64,000 nt of DNA from Candidatus Uhrbacteria bacterium (GCA_943359525.1 CALRHV010000001.1:7181-71180), one strand, 5' to 3'. Positions 10,037 through 22,867 are shown, counted from the first letter of the stretch. Translations and numbers: made by a program. The notes: a model not told the origin generated them from the sequence alone.

Positions 10037-10477
10037 TTATCCCTCGGAACGGTGCTGTCTCGACTTCCCTTTTTTCATCGCTACACGATATCTCGCTAAT
10101 TCGCGTTCCAAGTGGGCCGCGGCGTCGGCGAACCCAACGTCGTTTTTGTCTCGGAGTTCTCGCAAATTGTCTTCCGCGAGTTTCTTTGCGGCTTCGATTG
10201 CGGCGATTTCGAGCTCTTCACTACGCTCTGCCGTGTCGGCGAGAACAACGATCGACGAACCGTCGCGAACCTCGAAAAGCCCGGTGGACGTTGCGAGGAG
10301 CGTTTCCTGTTTGTCGTTCATAATCCGCATCTCGCCAGCCTTCATGAGCGCCAAAAGCGGAATGTGATTCGGCAGAACAGTGATCTCGCCCATACTCGTC
10401 ATAACCGAAATTGAATCCGCCTCGCCTTCTTGGACGATGCGTTCTGGCGTAACGATTTGGTATTTGAGTTTTGGCAT
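10037..10477 (-). CDS. atpC: ATP synthase F1 epsilon subunit
   Basis: 'IVTPER', 'GEITVLPNHIPL'; last gene of the atp operon. Confidence 0.95.
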   Translation of the reverse strand: MPKLKYQIVTPERIVQEGEADSISVMTSMGEITVLPNHIPLLALMKAGEMRIMNDKQETLLATSTGLFEVRDGSSIVVLADTAERSEELEIAAIEAAKKLAEDNLRELRDKNDVGFADAAAHLERELARYRVAMKKGKSRQHRSEG

Positions 10478-10489
10478 AGAGTGGTGGAT

Positions 10490-10635
10490 GCGAGCGATTC
10501 AACGGGTGGCACCGAGGGAGGCCCCCGTACGGAGCGCAACGAGCGCCGTAGTAACGTGATGATCGCCGATGAAGTGACGCGCGCGGTGAGCACCGTAACG
10601 GGGTCCGAGGTGACAGGACCCGTTGATGAGCTCGC
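10490..10635. repeat. Long imperfect hairpin (REP-like) between atpD and atpC
   Basis: GCGAGC/GCTCGC and TCAACGGGT/ACCCGTTGA pairings; its first ~28 nt recur at 35399. Confidence 0.7.
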
Positions 10636-10637
10636 AA

Positions 10638-12895
<2,258 letters not shown>

Positions 12896-12897
12896 AG

Positions 12898-14406
12898 TTA
12901 GGCCGTGAACGTTGAAAGGAATTTCTTCAGCTCCGCTTCGAGATTTGTTTTGATGTCGCCAGAAACGTCGCGAGCATCCACGATCGATTTCAACACCGAC
13001 GCACCGCTCGATTCAAAGTAGCGCAAACACTCTTCCTCGAACTTCTGCATGGCGGTGACTGGCAATGCGTCGAGCATGCCGGTGTTGAGTGCGAAGATGA
13101 CGATTGCCTGTTTCGCAAACGATATTGGCGAGTACTGTTTCTGTTTCATCAACTCCATCGCACGACGACCGCGTTCGATTTGTTTCTTCGTTGCCTCGTC
13201 GAGGTCGGAAGCGAACTGTGCGAACGCTTCGAGTTCGCGAAACTGCGCAAGGTCAACCTTGAGTGTCTTTGCAACGTTCTTCATTGCCTTGGTCTGTGCA
13301 GATGATCCAACACGCGACACGGAAAGACCAACGTTCAGCGCTGGGCGCTGTCCGCGGTAGAAGAGATCGGACTCCAGATAAATTTGTCCGTCAGTGATCG
13401 AGATAACGTTTGTTGGAATGTATGCTGACACGTCGCCACCTTGGGTTTCGATGATCGGCAATGCAGTGATCGATCCTCCGCCATGTTCTTCGTTCAAGCG
13501 CGCAGAACGCTCGAGCAAACGAGAATGCAGGTAGAAGACGTCGCCAGGATATGCCTCGCGGCCTGGTGGACGGCGGAGCAACAAGGAGATTTCGCGATAT
13601 GCCCACGCGTGCTTACTCAAATCATCGTACACAATAAGCACGTCTTCGCCCTTTGCCATGAAGTATTCAGCGATTGCACAGCCTGCGTACGGAGCAAGGT
13701 ACTGCATTGCGGCTGGATCCGATGCTCCAGCAAGAACGATGGTGGTGTAGTCCATTGCGCCAGCAGCTTCGAATCGCGCCATGATCTGCGCAACCTTCGA
13801 TTCTTTCTGTCCAATAGCAACGTAAATACACTTCACGTTCTCGCCCTTCTGGTTGAGAATCGTATCAATAGCGATTGCGGTCTTTCCCGTCTGACGATCG
13901 CCGATGATGAGTTCGCGCTGACCACGACCCACTGGAATAAGCGCATCGATTGCTTTGATTCCCGTATGCATTGGAACGGAAACAGATTTACGTGTCATGA
14001 CGCCTGGAGCAACCTTCTCCACTGGAGCAAGATTCTTTGTGGAGATCGCGCCCTTTCCGTCGAGTGCATTTCCCAATGGATCAAGAATACGTCCAACAGT
14101 TTCTTCACCGACAGGAATAGAAAGAATACGACCAGTGCTTCGCGCAGTGTCGCCGGCCTTCACACCACGTGCGTCACCGAGAATAATGACGCCGATCGTT
14201 TCTTCTTCAAGGTTGAGCGCGACGCCGAACACGCCGTTGCCGAAGTCGATCATTTCTTGGCTCATCGCATTGCCGAGGCCGGACAAGCGAGCAACGCCGT
14301 CGGACACGCTCATGACGGTTCCCACTCGCTCTTCGTGCGCTTCGACTTTAAACTCGTCGATGCGTTCGCGGAGTACTGCAATGATGTCTGCTTTTTTGGT
14401 TGCCAT
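12898..14406 (-). CDS. atpA: ATP synthase F1 alpha subunit
   Basis: 'GDRQTGKT', 'RRPPGREAYPGDVFYLHSRLLER'; start taken at MATKK. Confidence 0.98.
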   Translation of the reverse strand: MATKKADIIAVLRERIDEFKVEAHEERVGTVMSVSDGVARLSGLGNAMSQEMIDFGNGVFGVALNLEEETIGVIILGDARGVKAGDTARSTGRILSIPVGEETVGRILDPLGNALDGKGAISTKNLAPVEKVAPGVMTRKSVSVPMHTGIKAIDALIPVGRGQRELIIGDRQTGKTAIAIDTILNQKGENVKCIYVAIGQKESKVAQIMARFEAAGAMDYTTIVLAGASDPAAMQYLAPYAGCAIAEYFMAKGEDVLIVYDDLSKHAWAYREISLLLRRPPGREAYPGDVFYLHSRLLERSARLNEEHGGGSITALPIIETQGGDVSAYIPTNVISITDGQIYLESDLFYRGQRPALNVGLSVSRVGSSAQTKAMKNVAKTLKVDLAQFRELEAFAQFASDLDEATKKQIERGRRAMELMKQKQYSPISFAKQAIVIFALNTGMLDALPVTAMQKFEEECLRYFESSGASVLKSIVDARDVSGDIKTNLEAELKKFLSTFTA

Positions 14407-14416
14407 AGATTGGGGT

Positions 14417-14812
14417 TCAAGATGCTGCGCTATCAAGGGACTGTTTCAATCGCTGAAGGATCCCTGCCACACTTGCGTCGATACGCCGGTCGTCGATGCG
14501 GATCACTGCGCCACCCATTAAGCGTTCATCGATACGTTCAGTAATATCTGCGCCAGGAGCATTTGCCTCGATCGCCTTTCGCATGGCAACGGTGAGTGGA
14601 TGTGCCGAGACGACGGTAACGTTCGCTGCGCCGAACTTTCGTTTCCAGGCGCCGTGAATTTCTCGTTCAACATCGCGCCATTTGTGCATCATGCCTCGTG
14701 TGGCAAGCTCGCCCACAAAGGCGTCGATAATTTTCACCAGCTCGGCGCGAGTGACATCGACACATTCATCGACGAGCACTGTGGCAAGATGACGTGGAGT
14801 AAGCTTTGGCAT
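14417..14812 (-). CDS. atpH: ATP synthase delta subunit (short form)
   Basis: 'IDERLMGGAVIRIDDRRIDASV'; operon position. Confidence 0.88.
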   Translation of the reverse strand: MPKLTPRHLATVLVDECVDVTRAELVKIIDAFVGELATRGMMHKWRDVEREIHGAWKRKFGAANVTVVSAHPLTVAMRKAIEANAPGADITERIDERLMGGAVIRIDDRRIDASVAGILQRLKQSLDSAAS

Positions 14813-14813
14813 A

Positions 14814-15365
14814 TTACGTCATCTTTCGCACAACCTCTTCTGCGAGTGATTGCGACTTCTTTTCCGTCAGCCCTTCCGTCACAATCTTCGCTGCTGCGCG
14901 AACCGCGATGTCAACAACATCCTTGCGCAACGCCGTAAGCGACGCCTCGCGTTCTGCTACGAGCTGTTCCTTGCCCTTTGCAATCACGCGCTCTACTTCA
15001 CGTTTCGCGGCCTCGAGCATTTCGTTCTTGCGGGCATCTGTTTCCTTCATTGCCCCTTCAATGATTGCTTGCGATTCTTTCAGCACAGATGCAAGCATTG
15101 CACTGCGCTCTGCTTCTGCTGCCTTCATACGCGCAGAAATGTCTTCCACGTCTTTCATGCTCTTCGCGATCGCTGCCTCGCGTTTATCGAGGATAGCGAG
15201 GATTGGTTTGTAAACAAAGCGCCACAACACAATAAGTACGAGAAGGAAGTTTACCAGTTGCGCAGCGAATAAATCGCCGCGAATACCAAAGGTTCCAAGA
15301 ACGCCGGTGTCGGACGCTGGCTGTTCGGATGCTGTTGCCGTAGGTGATTCGATTGCTAATGACAT
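14814..15365 (-). CDS. atpF: ATP synthase Fo b subunit
   Basis: 'QLVNFLLVLIVLWRFVYKPILAILDKRE' followed by a coiled coil. Confidence 0.95.
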   Translation of the reverse strand: MSLAIESPTATASEQPASDTGVLGTFGIRGDLFAAQLVNFLLVLIVLWRFVYKPILAILDKREAAIAKSMKDVEDISARMKAAEAERSAMLASVLKESQAIIEGAMKETDARKNEMLEAAKREVERVIAKGKEQLVAEREASLTALRKDVVDIAVRAAAKIVTEGLTEKKSQSLAEEVVRKMT

Positions 15366-15439
15366 AGAAGTTCGCTATTTCGATCTCATGACACGCAGAG
15401 GTTCGATGAATCGAATCCCCTGACGTGTAACGACATCGT

Positions 15440-15718
<279 letters not shown>

Positions 15719-16564
15719 TTATGCATGATGCTCTTCCTCGTGTCCGCCGTGTGGAGTACTTGCAATGACTAAGTATACCAACGTCAGCATAGAGAAGACG
15801 GTTGCCTGCACAATGCCGACGAGAATTTCAAGGAACATGAATGGGATTGGCAGAACATACGAAATAAGTCCGAGCATGACCGTCATTAAGATTTCTCCCG
15901 CAAATACGTTACCGAATAATCGAAGCGAAAGCGAGAGGACTTTCGCAATCTCGCCGATGATCTCCAGGAGGCCGACGCCGAATTCAATGACGGCAGTAAT
16001 GATGGCCATCGGACCGTGCTTCAGCGACTTCCAGATTCCCTTCACGTTCACGAACTTACTGAAATAGTTGAACACGCCAAATGCGCGAACGCCAATAAAG
16101 TGCGAAAAGAACACGGCCGTGAGCGCAATCGCCAACGTGAAGTTCAGGTCGCTCCCAGCGGATCGCAACAAGGGAACAAGTTCCACCTCGCCGTGCATAA
16201 TTTCGTAAATACCAATAGTGCCTGTGCCCGGAATCAATCCTAACCAGTTGTTTGCGAGTACGACCAAGAAGATCGTTGCGATCAGCGGCAAGAATTGACG
16301 GGCAAGCTTTCGGCTACCAGCAACTTTTTCAATTTCGTTTGAAAGTGTTTCGACAATAGCCTCGATGACATTTTGAATCCCCCGAGGAACAAGGCCTTGC
16401 CGACGGGTCGCAATACAAGCGACGACGACGAAAAAAGCTGTCACAATCCATGCGTTCACCATGGTGTTGGTGACGGGGAATGCGCCAATATGCGCGATTG
16501 GTTCCGCAGCAAGCGGAATAATTGCGTAATTAAGGAGCGATGAGTTTTTGATACTCTTTTGCAT
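15719..16564 (-). CDS. atpB: ATP synthase Fo a subunit
   Basis: 'NWLGLIPG', 'SLSLRLFGNVFAGE', 'VQATVFSML'; start uncertain. Confidence 0.95.
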   Translation of the reverse strand: MQKSIKNSSLLNYAIIPLAAEPIAHIGAFPVTNTMVNAWIVTAFFVVVACIATRRQGLVPRGIQNVIEAIVETLSNEIEKVAGSRKLARQFLPLIATIFLVVLANNWLGLIPGTGTIGIYEIMHGEVELVPLLRSAGSDLNFTLAIALTAVFFSHFIGVRAFGVFNYFSKFVNVKGIWKSLKHGPMAIITAVIEFGVGLLEIIGEIAKVLSLSLRLFGNVFAGEILMTVMLGLISYVLPIPFMFLEILVGIVQATVFSMLTLVYLVIASTPHGGHEEEHHA

Positions 16565-16769
16565 ACTGCCGAACTTTTTTCACAAGAATGAACGCGGTGC
16601 CCAAGAATGTTGCCGTAAGCAGCACCACGAACAGGACTCGGCCTGTGCCATAGCGAGCATCCAGGAACTTTCCCACGATTGCCGCAACGAATGCTGGCAC
16701 AAGGATTGTTCCGGTGATGTCTACCATCGCCTTCAATGCAAACCGCATTGATTCCCGATAATCGTCCAT
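16530..16769 (-). CDS. AtpZ/AtpI-family small membrane protein
   Basis: 79 aa, 'GKFLDARYGT', first gene of the atp operon. Confidence 0.75.
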   Translation of the reverse strand: MDDYRESMRFALKAMVDITGTILVPAFVAAIVGKFLDARYGTGRVLFVVLLTATFLGTAFILVKKVRQYAKEYQKLIAP

Positions 16770-16839
16770 AAAGCGGCATGAGTATACCGTACGCGCAAGA
16801 GAATTGAAAGATTACTGGTGGGAAAAGAAGATACAATGG

Positions 16840-17700
16840 CTAGGATAAGCGGAAAAGCTGGCGGGCGTTTTCCGTGGTAACGCGGGCAACCTCGGCAAGT
16901 GAAACGCCTTTTACGTCGGCGATGGCTTGGGCGACGAGGACGACGTTGGCGGGTTCGTTCCGTTTTCCTCGGAGTGGCACGGGGGAGAGATACGGGCAGT
17001 CTGTTTCGATCATCATCTGCTCCAAAGGGATCTCTCTTACTGCAGCAGCAAGGGATTTCCCGAAGGTTACGATCCCGGTGATTGAGATCAAAAAACCGAG
17101 ATCGGCATACTTCGCCGCATCGTCGATCGTGCCCGTAAAGCAATGAATCACTCCCCTACGCTCAATTCCCCCTCGGCCAATCTCCTCGGCAATGAGTGTT
17201 CGCATATCATCGTGCGCTCCGGTTACGTCGGCCGTTGCGCCACCACGACAATGAATCACGACAGGCTTGTTGTGTTTGGTGGCGAACTGAAGCTGTTGAC
17301 GGGCGACGTTGCGTTGATCGTTTTTGAACACTTCAACGTCCATTCCGTTCGGAATGCGAGAATAGTCGAGACCGAATTCGCCGATCGCGACAACCTTCGG
17401 ATGAGAGACGAGCGATTTGTAGCGTGCTTCATCGAATTCGCGCTCCGGCATCGGCTTATCGTGCGTCTCTTCGTTCTCGTCGACGAAGTTGTGATCGTGC
17501 ACATGTCCTGGATGCAAACCAATCGTGCACCACACACCGTCGTGCTGTTCGGCGAAGTCGATTCCAGACATACTCGTCGCGAATTTCGTTCCAACGGTAA
17601 TCAAAGAAATCCCGTTATCGCGAGCACGTTGCAACACCTCGGCACCATCGGCGCTGAAGGCTGGGAAATGAAGGTGGGCATGAGAGTCGATAAAGTCCAT
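16840..17700 (-). CDS. tatD: TatD family deoxyribonuclease
   Basis: 'IDSHAHL', 'IGEFGLDY', 'IHCF', 'ETDCPYLSP..RGKRNEP'. Confidence 0.95.
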   Translation of the reverse strand: MDFIDSHAHLHFPAFSADGAEVLQRARDNGISLITVGTKFATSMSGIDFAEQHDGVWCTIGLHPGHVHDHNFVDENEETHDKPMPEREFDEARYKSLVSHPKVVAIGEFGLDYSRIPNGMDVEVFKNDQRNVARQQLQFATKHNKPVVIHCRGGATADVTGAHDDMRTLIAEEIGRGGIERRGVIHCFTGTIDDAAKYADLGFLISITGIVTFGKSLAAAVREIPLEQMMIETDCPYLSPVPLRGKRNEPANVVLVAQAIADVKGVSLAEVARVTTENARQLFRLS

Positions 17701-17712
17701 AGAAGAAATAAT

Positions 17713-17983
17713 CTGAAACTGATTCTTTGGATGGTGGTGAGAATGATAAAAAAGTGCATTGTTGGCGATCCTTATGCTCCGACCGGCAGTTCAATTTCCA
17801 ATTTTGGCGATGTTGTGTTGACACAACATTTCGTGTGCAGAAATGCCAATGATTTTCACAATCAGATGTCGTGTCGACACAACATCCTCAATTTCGCAAA
17901 ACACACATGCCTGTCGCCGACGATGTCTGTCATTCGTTCGCCTCCGTCACCACGTCCCAACCCCCTCCAAAGATCAGTTTCAG
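17713..17983 (-). repeat. Intergenic TIR/twin-palindrome element, copy E2
   Basis: TIRs CTGAAACTGAT(T)CTTTGGA at both ends; palindromes at 17810-17829 and 17866-17885. Confidence 0.88.
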
Positions 17984-18453
17984 AGCAGCCCTGCATTGCT
18001 TTCAATATCGACCGCGCGGCTGACGACTGATGATGAGAGAAGCGAGATTCGTACATCGCCGATTGGAACAAGCGTTACAGCAACGTAGGCGAGAACAAGA
18101 ATCGCTACAGCAGATTGTGCTACGCCGAATGCAGCGCCGAGAAGATTGTTGATGAAGTTTACAAACGGAATAATTGCGATGATTTTTCGAACCAAATCGA
18201 GTGCGTCAACAATGTATTGCGCGAGGCGACTGACGATGAGGGTAAGAATCAAAAACGCAACAATCGTAATCCACGGATGCTCCGCAAACGACAGTCCGTA
18301 TGCTTCATCTAACCAATTCATGGCGTAGAACGACGCGACGACACTGGCGACGAGCGCAACCAAACTTCCGAACGACCGCACAAAACCACTTCGCCATCCA
18401 GCAAATGCCATGACAATAACGAAAATGATGATGAGAATGTCGACGATACCCAT
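17980..18453 (-). CDS. CvpA (colicin V production) family membrane protein
   Basis: 'VDILII..GWRSGFVRSFGSL', 'NNLLGAAFG'. Confidence 0.85.
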   Translation of the reverse strand: MGIVDILIIIFVIVMAFAGWRSGFVRSFGSLVALVASVVASFYAMNWLDEAYGLSFAEHPWITIVAFLILTLIVSRLAQYIVDALDLVRKIIAIIPFVNFINNLLGAAFGVAQSAVAILVLAYVAVTLVPIGDVRISLLSSSVVSRAVDIESNAGLL

Positions 18454-18454
18454 A

Positions 18455-19885
18455 TTATCGATCTCTTCGTGGGAACAACGGCTCTCCAGCTACAAGAATA
18501 TCACTTTCGTATCGGCGGAGAATTTCCGCAGCAGTTGTAGGAATAACTGGCTCAAGCGCAACGCCAATCCATCGAATCATCGCCGCAAGTTCGGACAGTG
18601 ACTTCTTTGCAGCAGCCGGGTCAACTTTGACGAGTTTGAAAGGTTCCTCGGTCCCGATTTTTACGTTCGCGACATCGACCACACTCCAAACGAGGTCAAC
18701 GTACTTTCGGAAATCGTATTCTCTGAGCGCTTCATCAAGTTCAGCACTAACTCCATCGTACACAACACGATCGATTCCCTCCGGAAAACTCTTCGCACAC
18801 ATCGCCGCGACACGACTTACCAAGTTACCGAGGCCGTTCGCAAGTTTCGTCGCGAAAAGAATTTCGAATTGTTCCTTTGAGTAGTCGCCATCTTGCCACG
18901 ACGGCATTCCGCCAAGGAGGTACAAACGTGTAGCGTCTGTTCCGTATTCCGCAACAAGATCGTACGGATTAATCACGTTCCCGATGGACTTACTCATCTT
19001 CTGTCCATCAGCCGTGACGTAACCATGAATGAATACTTGCTTCGATGGCTCGATCCCAACCGACATCACCATCGCTTGCCACATCGCGGTTTGCTGACGA
19101 AGATTGTCCTTCCCTGCCACCTGCACGCTTGGCCACGCAGAATCAAAAAGCGATCCAGACTTTGGCCAGCCGAGTGTTGAGATGTAGTTTACGAGCGCAT
19201 CGAACCACACATACATCACCTGCTCTTCATCGCCGGGTACAGAAACACCCCACGGCATTTTCGATTTCAGGCGCGAGATACTGAAATCGTTCAGTCCTCC
19301 CTCCACGAACGCTCGAATCTCATTCATGCGTGCCTGTGGCATCACGAAGTCTGGACGGTCACGATACAGATCGAGAAGCTTTTGCTGATATTTTGAAAAT
19401 GCGAAGAAATAATTTTCTTCCTCGATCAGGTCGAGATCACGATTCGGATGAATCGGGCAGCGGCCTTCAACGAGCTCAGAGTCTGTTTTTTCGAGTTCGC
19501 ACCCAACGCAATACTTAATCGAATACTGTTTCTTATAGATGTCGCCGTTCGCATCGCATCGCTTCCAGAATTCTTGCGCGGCCGCAATATGATGTTCGTT
19601 GGTTGTGCGAATGAAATGCGTGTAACTCAAATTCAACGACGACTTCAAACCATCAAACTTCGCCGCGTATTCGTCGCAATACGCCTTTGGATCGAGTCCG
19701 GCCTCAATAGCCTTCTGATAAATCTTCTGACCGTGTTCGTCTGTTCCTGTATTAAAAACAACATCTTCGCCCTTCGATCGATGATATCTCGCCAACATGT
19801 CGGCCTGCACAATCTCCAATGCAAACCCAATATGCGGATCAGCGTTAACGTACGGAAGCGTTGTGGTGATGGAATATGTCGACAT
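18455..19885 (-). CDS. metG: Methionine--tRNA ligase
   Basis: 'YVNADPHIGF', 'TGTDEHGQKI', 'YVWFDALVNY', 'KMSKS'; start taken at MSTYS. Confidence 0.96.
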   Translation of the reverse strand: MSTYSITTTLPYVNADPHIGFALEIVQADMLARYHRSKGEDVVFNTGTDEHGQKIYQKAIEAGLDPKAYCDEYAAKFDGLKSSLNLSYTHFIRTTNEHHIAAAQEFWKRCDANGDIYKKQYSIKYCVGCELEKTDSELVEGRCPIHPNRDLDLIEEENYFFAFSKYQQKLLDLYRDRPDFVMPQARMNEIRAFVEGGLNDFSISRLKSKMPWGVSVPGDEEQVMYVWFDALVNYISTLGWPKSGSLFDSAWPSVQVAGKDNLRQQTAMWQAMVMSVGIEPSKQVFIHGYVTADGQKMSKSIGNVINPYDLVAEYGTDATRLYLLGGMPSWQDGDYSKEQFEILFATKLANGLGNLVSRVAAMCAKSFPEGIDRVVYDGVSAELDEALREYDFRKYVDLVWSVVDVANVKIGTEEPFKLVKVDPAAAKKSLSELAAMIRWIGVALEPVIPTTAAEILRRYESDILVAGEPLFPRRDR

Positions 19886-19889
19886 ATGG

Positions 19890-20543
19890 TTATTCGCGAT
19901 CAACGACGATAACAAACTCCCCTCGCGTGCTCGTCTTTTCAAGATCGACCAGAATCGACTCTACGGTGCCACGATATATTGTCTCATGGATTTTTGTGAG
20001 CTCGCGGCAAACAATCAACTTTCGGTTCAATTCCTTCATCGCCTCGAGCGTTTTAACGATTCGATGCGTCGATTCATACATGACGACCGCATGATCGATC
20101 TCGCCAATTTCGCGGAAGAACCTCTCACGACCCTTCTTGTTCGGCGGAAAACCAACAAAGGTGAATCGATCGAGCGCAATTCCGGCAATCGAGAGTGCCG
20201 CGATTGCTGCGCTCGCACCAGGAATCGGCGACACTTTTACGCCGGCTATAACAGCATCGGCAACAAGGAATCCACCGGGATCCGAAATACACGGCGTTCC
20301 TGCATCCGTAATAATCGCCATGTCGATTCCAGAAACGAGTTGGTCAACAATCTTTTTTCGCGCCAACTGATCGGTATGCTCATGAAATGCCATGAGTGTT
20401 GGGCGTACTTGAAGATGCGCCATCAACTTGCTCGACACTCGCGTGTCCTCGCACAACACAATTTCAACACTCGCAAAAATTGCCTTTGCTCGTTCGGTTA
20501 CATCGCCAAGATTTCCGATCGGAGTCGCGACGACGTACAGCAT
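19890..20543 (-). CDS. rsmI: 16S rRNA (cytidine-2'-O)-methyltransferase RsmI
   Basis: 'LYVVATPIGNLGD', 'EDTR', 'DAGTPCISDPG', 'RELTKIHE'. Confidence 0.96.
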   Translation of the reverse strand: MLYVVATPIGNLGDVTERAKAIFASVEIVLCEDTRVSSKLMAHLQVRPTLMAFHEHTDQLARKKIVDQLVSGIDMAIITDAGTPCISDPGGFLVADAVIAGVKVSPIPGASAAIAALSIAGIALDRFTFVGFPPNKKGRERFFREIGEIDHAVVMYESTHRIVKTLEAMKELNRKLIVCRELTKIHETIYRGTVESILVDLEKTSTRGEFVIVVDRE

Positions 20544-20549
20544 AAATTC

Positions 20550-21692
20550 TTAATTCGTTTCACTCGTCGTTACCGCTTTCCACGTTGGATGCATTGCTGC
20601 CAAGCAGAACCAGTAGCCGCGAACTGCTGGAATCTCGATCAGTGCGTGCTCTTCGTCGTTATTCTTCACATTCCATCCATCGGCGTACCATGCGCTTCCC
20701 GTTTCGTTATCCGTCAACCGCTTCTTCGCAAAATCGAACGAAAATGTGTGAACGTCACCATTCCTCGATTTCGTTTCGAATACGCGCACTGTGTCTGTTT
20801 CAAAATTATAGATGGCAATCACCGGAACTTCGCCGAGTTTTGCAGTCATGATTCCCGTTCCAGAAAGTGCGATTGTCGCAAACGCAAGACCATTCGTTCC
20901 ATCGGTGACGCCGTACGTAATCCACTTCGATGTGAAATCGGGGCTCGTGTGGTTAATTGGGAAATACAGTCCTTTGCTCGTATCGTAATTTCCGTATGGG
21001 TGACGAGTGTAGTCACGGGCAATACCCGTGTTTGTGGAAAGGACCAAGCCAGATGGATACAAATTTTTCCACACACTCCACGTCATCATCTGTGAAGGAA
21101 TGACCGCGAGGGATTCACCGATCCATGATCCTTGAATCGACTGTCCAGTCGCCTGGATCCAAAGCGATCCCGACTCCTCATCCTTTAACACGGTGTTGTT
21201 GTTATATACCTGTCCGGTTGCAGACAATGTTGCTGTGCCCATGTTGATGTGACGGTCATACACAACTCCCGTTCCGCAAAGCGGACAATATGTCACTGCA
21301 AAGCTCTGGCCACCGACCGAATCATTTACTACTTCATGCCAGTTCATGATTTGTACCGGGTAGAAACGATGCTGTCCTTCGATCTCGAGATCAATTCCCA
21401 TCAGTGAATCGGCAATCACCGAATCTGACGCAAGAACGGAATCGTATGTTGGATTCGTCAGTGCGGGAATGCCGCCTTCAACAACGCCGCTGTCGTACAA
21501 CTGATCACCCGGAACCAGCGATGTTACGCCGTCGCGAGTCACTGCCGATGTATACACACCGCCATCCAACACCGGCCACGCTGAAGCGTTCGCTTTACTC
21601 GACTGATACGCACTGAAGGCCAACGAAATGCCAGAAATAACCACGATCGCCCCAACGAACAGTCCAATATTTTGCTTTTGTGCTTGGGTCAT
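20550..21692 (-). CDS. DUF3179-like exported (seleno)protein-family protein
   Basis: N-terminal TM; 'GIPALTNP', 'WHEVVND', 'TYCPLCGTG', 'SLWIQATG'. Confidence 0.8.
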   Translation of the reverse strand: MTQAQKQNIGLFVGAIVVISGISLAFSAYQSSKANASAWPVLDGGVYTSAVTRDGVTSLVPGDQLYDSGVVEGGIPALTNPTYDSVLASDSVIADSLMGIDLEIEGQHRFYPVQIMNWHEVVNDSVGGQSFAVTYCPLCGTGVVYDRHINMGTATLSATGQVYNNNTVLKDEESGSLWIQATGQSIQGSWIGESLAVIPSQMMTWSVWKNLYPSGLVLSTNTGIARDYTRHPYGNYDTSKGLYFPINHTSPDFTSKWITYGVTDGTNGLAFATIALSGTGIMTAKLGEVPVIAIYNFETDTVRVFETKSRNGDVHTFSFDFAKKRLTDNETGSAWYADGWNVKNNDEEHALIEIPAVRGYWFCLAAMHPTWKAVTTSETN

Positions 21693-21805
21693 AGATGGAA
21701 GGAGTGTAGCGGATAACCGGTTGATTGTAAAAGTTTTTCGCGGTATCTTTGGGTCTGATCAGGGAGCAAAACGTAAAAAAATTTATCTATTAGTGTCGTA
21801 AAACT

Positions 21806-22330
21806 ATGATCTCGATCAACAAGCCAGCACCAAGCTTTGAAAACATCACGTCGTACACCAAGGGCGAGTTTACGAAAACAAGCCTCAGCTCGTACAAAGG
21901 AGGCTGGGTGGTGCTGTTCTTCTACCCTCGCGACTTCACCTTCATCTGTCCAACCGAAATTAAGGGCTTCCAAAAGCACGAAGCGGACTTTGCCGCCCTC
22001 AACGCAAAAGTCATCGGCGCATCCACAGACAGCGAATGGAGCCACAAAGCATGGTTTGAAAAGGATCTCCCTGAAGTGGCCTACCCTATCCTTGCCGACA
22101 CAACGCAAAAAGTTTCCCGCGACTACGGCGTGCTCAACGAAGACGACGGCAGTTCCGATCGCGGCTTGTTTATTATCGATCCAGAAGGTGTAGTGAAATA
22201 CGCCCTAGTCTCTGCCGGCTCCGTCGGCCGATCAGTCAAAGAAGTGCTCCGCGTTCTCACAGCACTTCAATCCGGCGAACTCTGCCCAATGGAATGGGAG
22301 CCGGGCGAGAAAACATTGGGAAAGGCGTAA
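21806..22330 (+). CDS. ahpC: Peroxiredoxin (AhpC/TSA family, 2-Cys)
   Basis: 'FFYPRDFTFICPTE', 'GELCPMEW'. Confidence 0.95.
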   Translation: MISINKPAPSFENITSYTKGEFTKTSLSSYKGGWVVLFFYPRDFTFICPTEIKGFQKHEADFAALNAKVIGASTDSEWSHKAWFEKDLPEVAYPILADTTQKVSRDYGVLNEDDGSSDRGLFIIDPEGVVKYALVSAGSVGRSVKEVLRVLTALQSGELCPMEWEPGEKTLGKA

Positions 22331-22348
22331 ACGTCACATATCATCAGT

Positions 22349-22382
22349 AAAAAACTGGAGCCACAACAGGCTCCAGTTTTTT
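22349..22382. terminator. Bidirectional intrinsic terminator
   Basis: A6-CTGGAGCC-loop-GGCTCCAG-T6 between convergent genes. Confidence 0.85.
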
Positions 22383-22641
22383 ACACCGACCGATAGATAT
22401 CGTGATCACCAACAGCAAGAAGGATTATTCCGTCAGTCGATCGTTCAAAAACAATTCTGGTTTTATAGTTTACCGAAAAACTCCACAAGTCATGAAGATT
22501 CCCTTTTAATTTATGTACTTTTAACGTGCTGTGATGTTCGGGGTTGCGAAACATCTCAACCTTCTCATAGACATCTTGTCGAAGATCTTCCGGCAAAGAA
22601 CTCGTCATTTTTATAAATTGCTTCGTAAACTGAATTCGCAT
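22381..22641 (-). CDS. RelE/YafQ-like type II toxin
   Basis: 86 aa; 'LKVHKLKGNLHDLWSFSVNYKTRIVF', 'VGDHDIY'. Confidence 0.85.
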   Translation of the reverse strand: MRIQFTKQFIKMTSSLPEDLRQDVYEKVEMFRNPEHHSTLKVHKLKGNLHDLWSFSVNYKTRIVFERSTDGIILLAVGDHDIYRSV

Positions 22642-22644
22642 ACG

Positions 22645-22866
22645 TTATGAAACCGCTTCAACGAGGGCCTTCAGATCTCCTTCGTAAAGCTCACCATTCC
22701 GGGCTTGTCGTTGCGAAATCAACACTGCGTTTAAAGCCTCTTCCTCAGAAAGCCGAATAATCGCTTTTCGCACAACTTCGGCTTTTGTTTCTGCAAAACC
22801 CATCTTTACCAAGCGCTCAATGATATTCTCCAGTGTTGGAGTAAGTGGTACAGAAAGTGTAGACAT
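22645..22866 (-). CDS. Ribbon-helix-helix antitoxin (putative)
   Basis: 73 aa; 'TLSVPLTPTLENIIERLVKMGFAETKAEVVRKAI'; directly upstream of the toxin. Confidence 0.75.
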   Translation of the reverse strand: MSTLSVPLTPTLENIIERLVKMGFAETKAEVVRKAIIRLSEEEALNAVLISQRQARNGELYEGDLKALVEAVS

Positions 22867-22867
22867 A

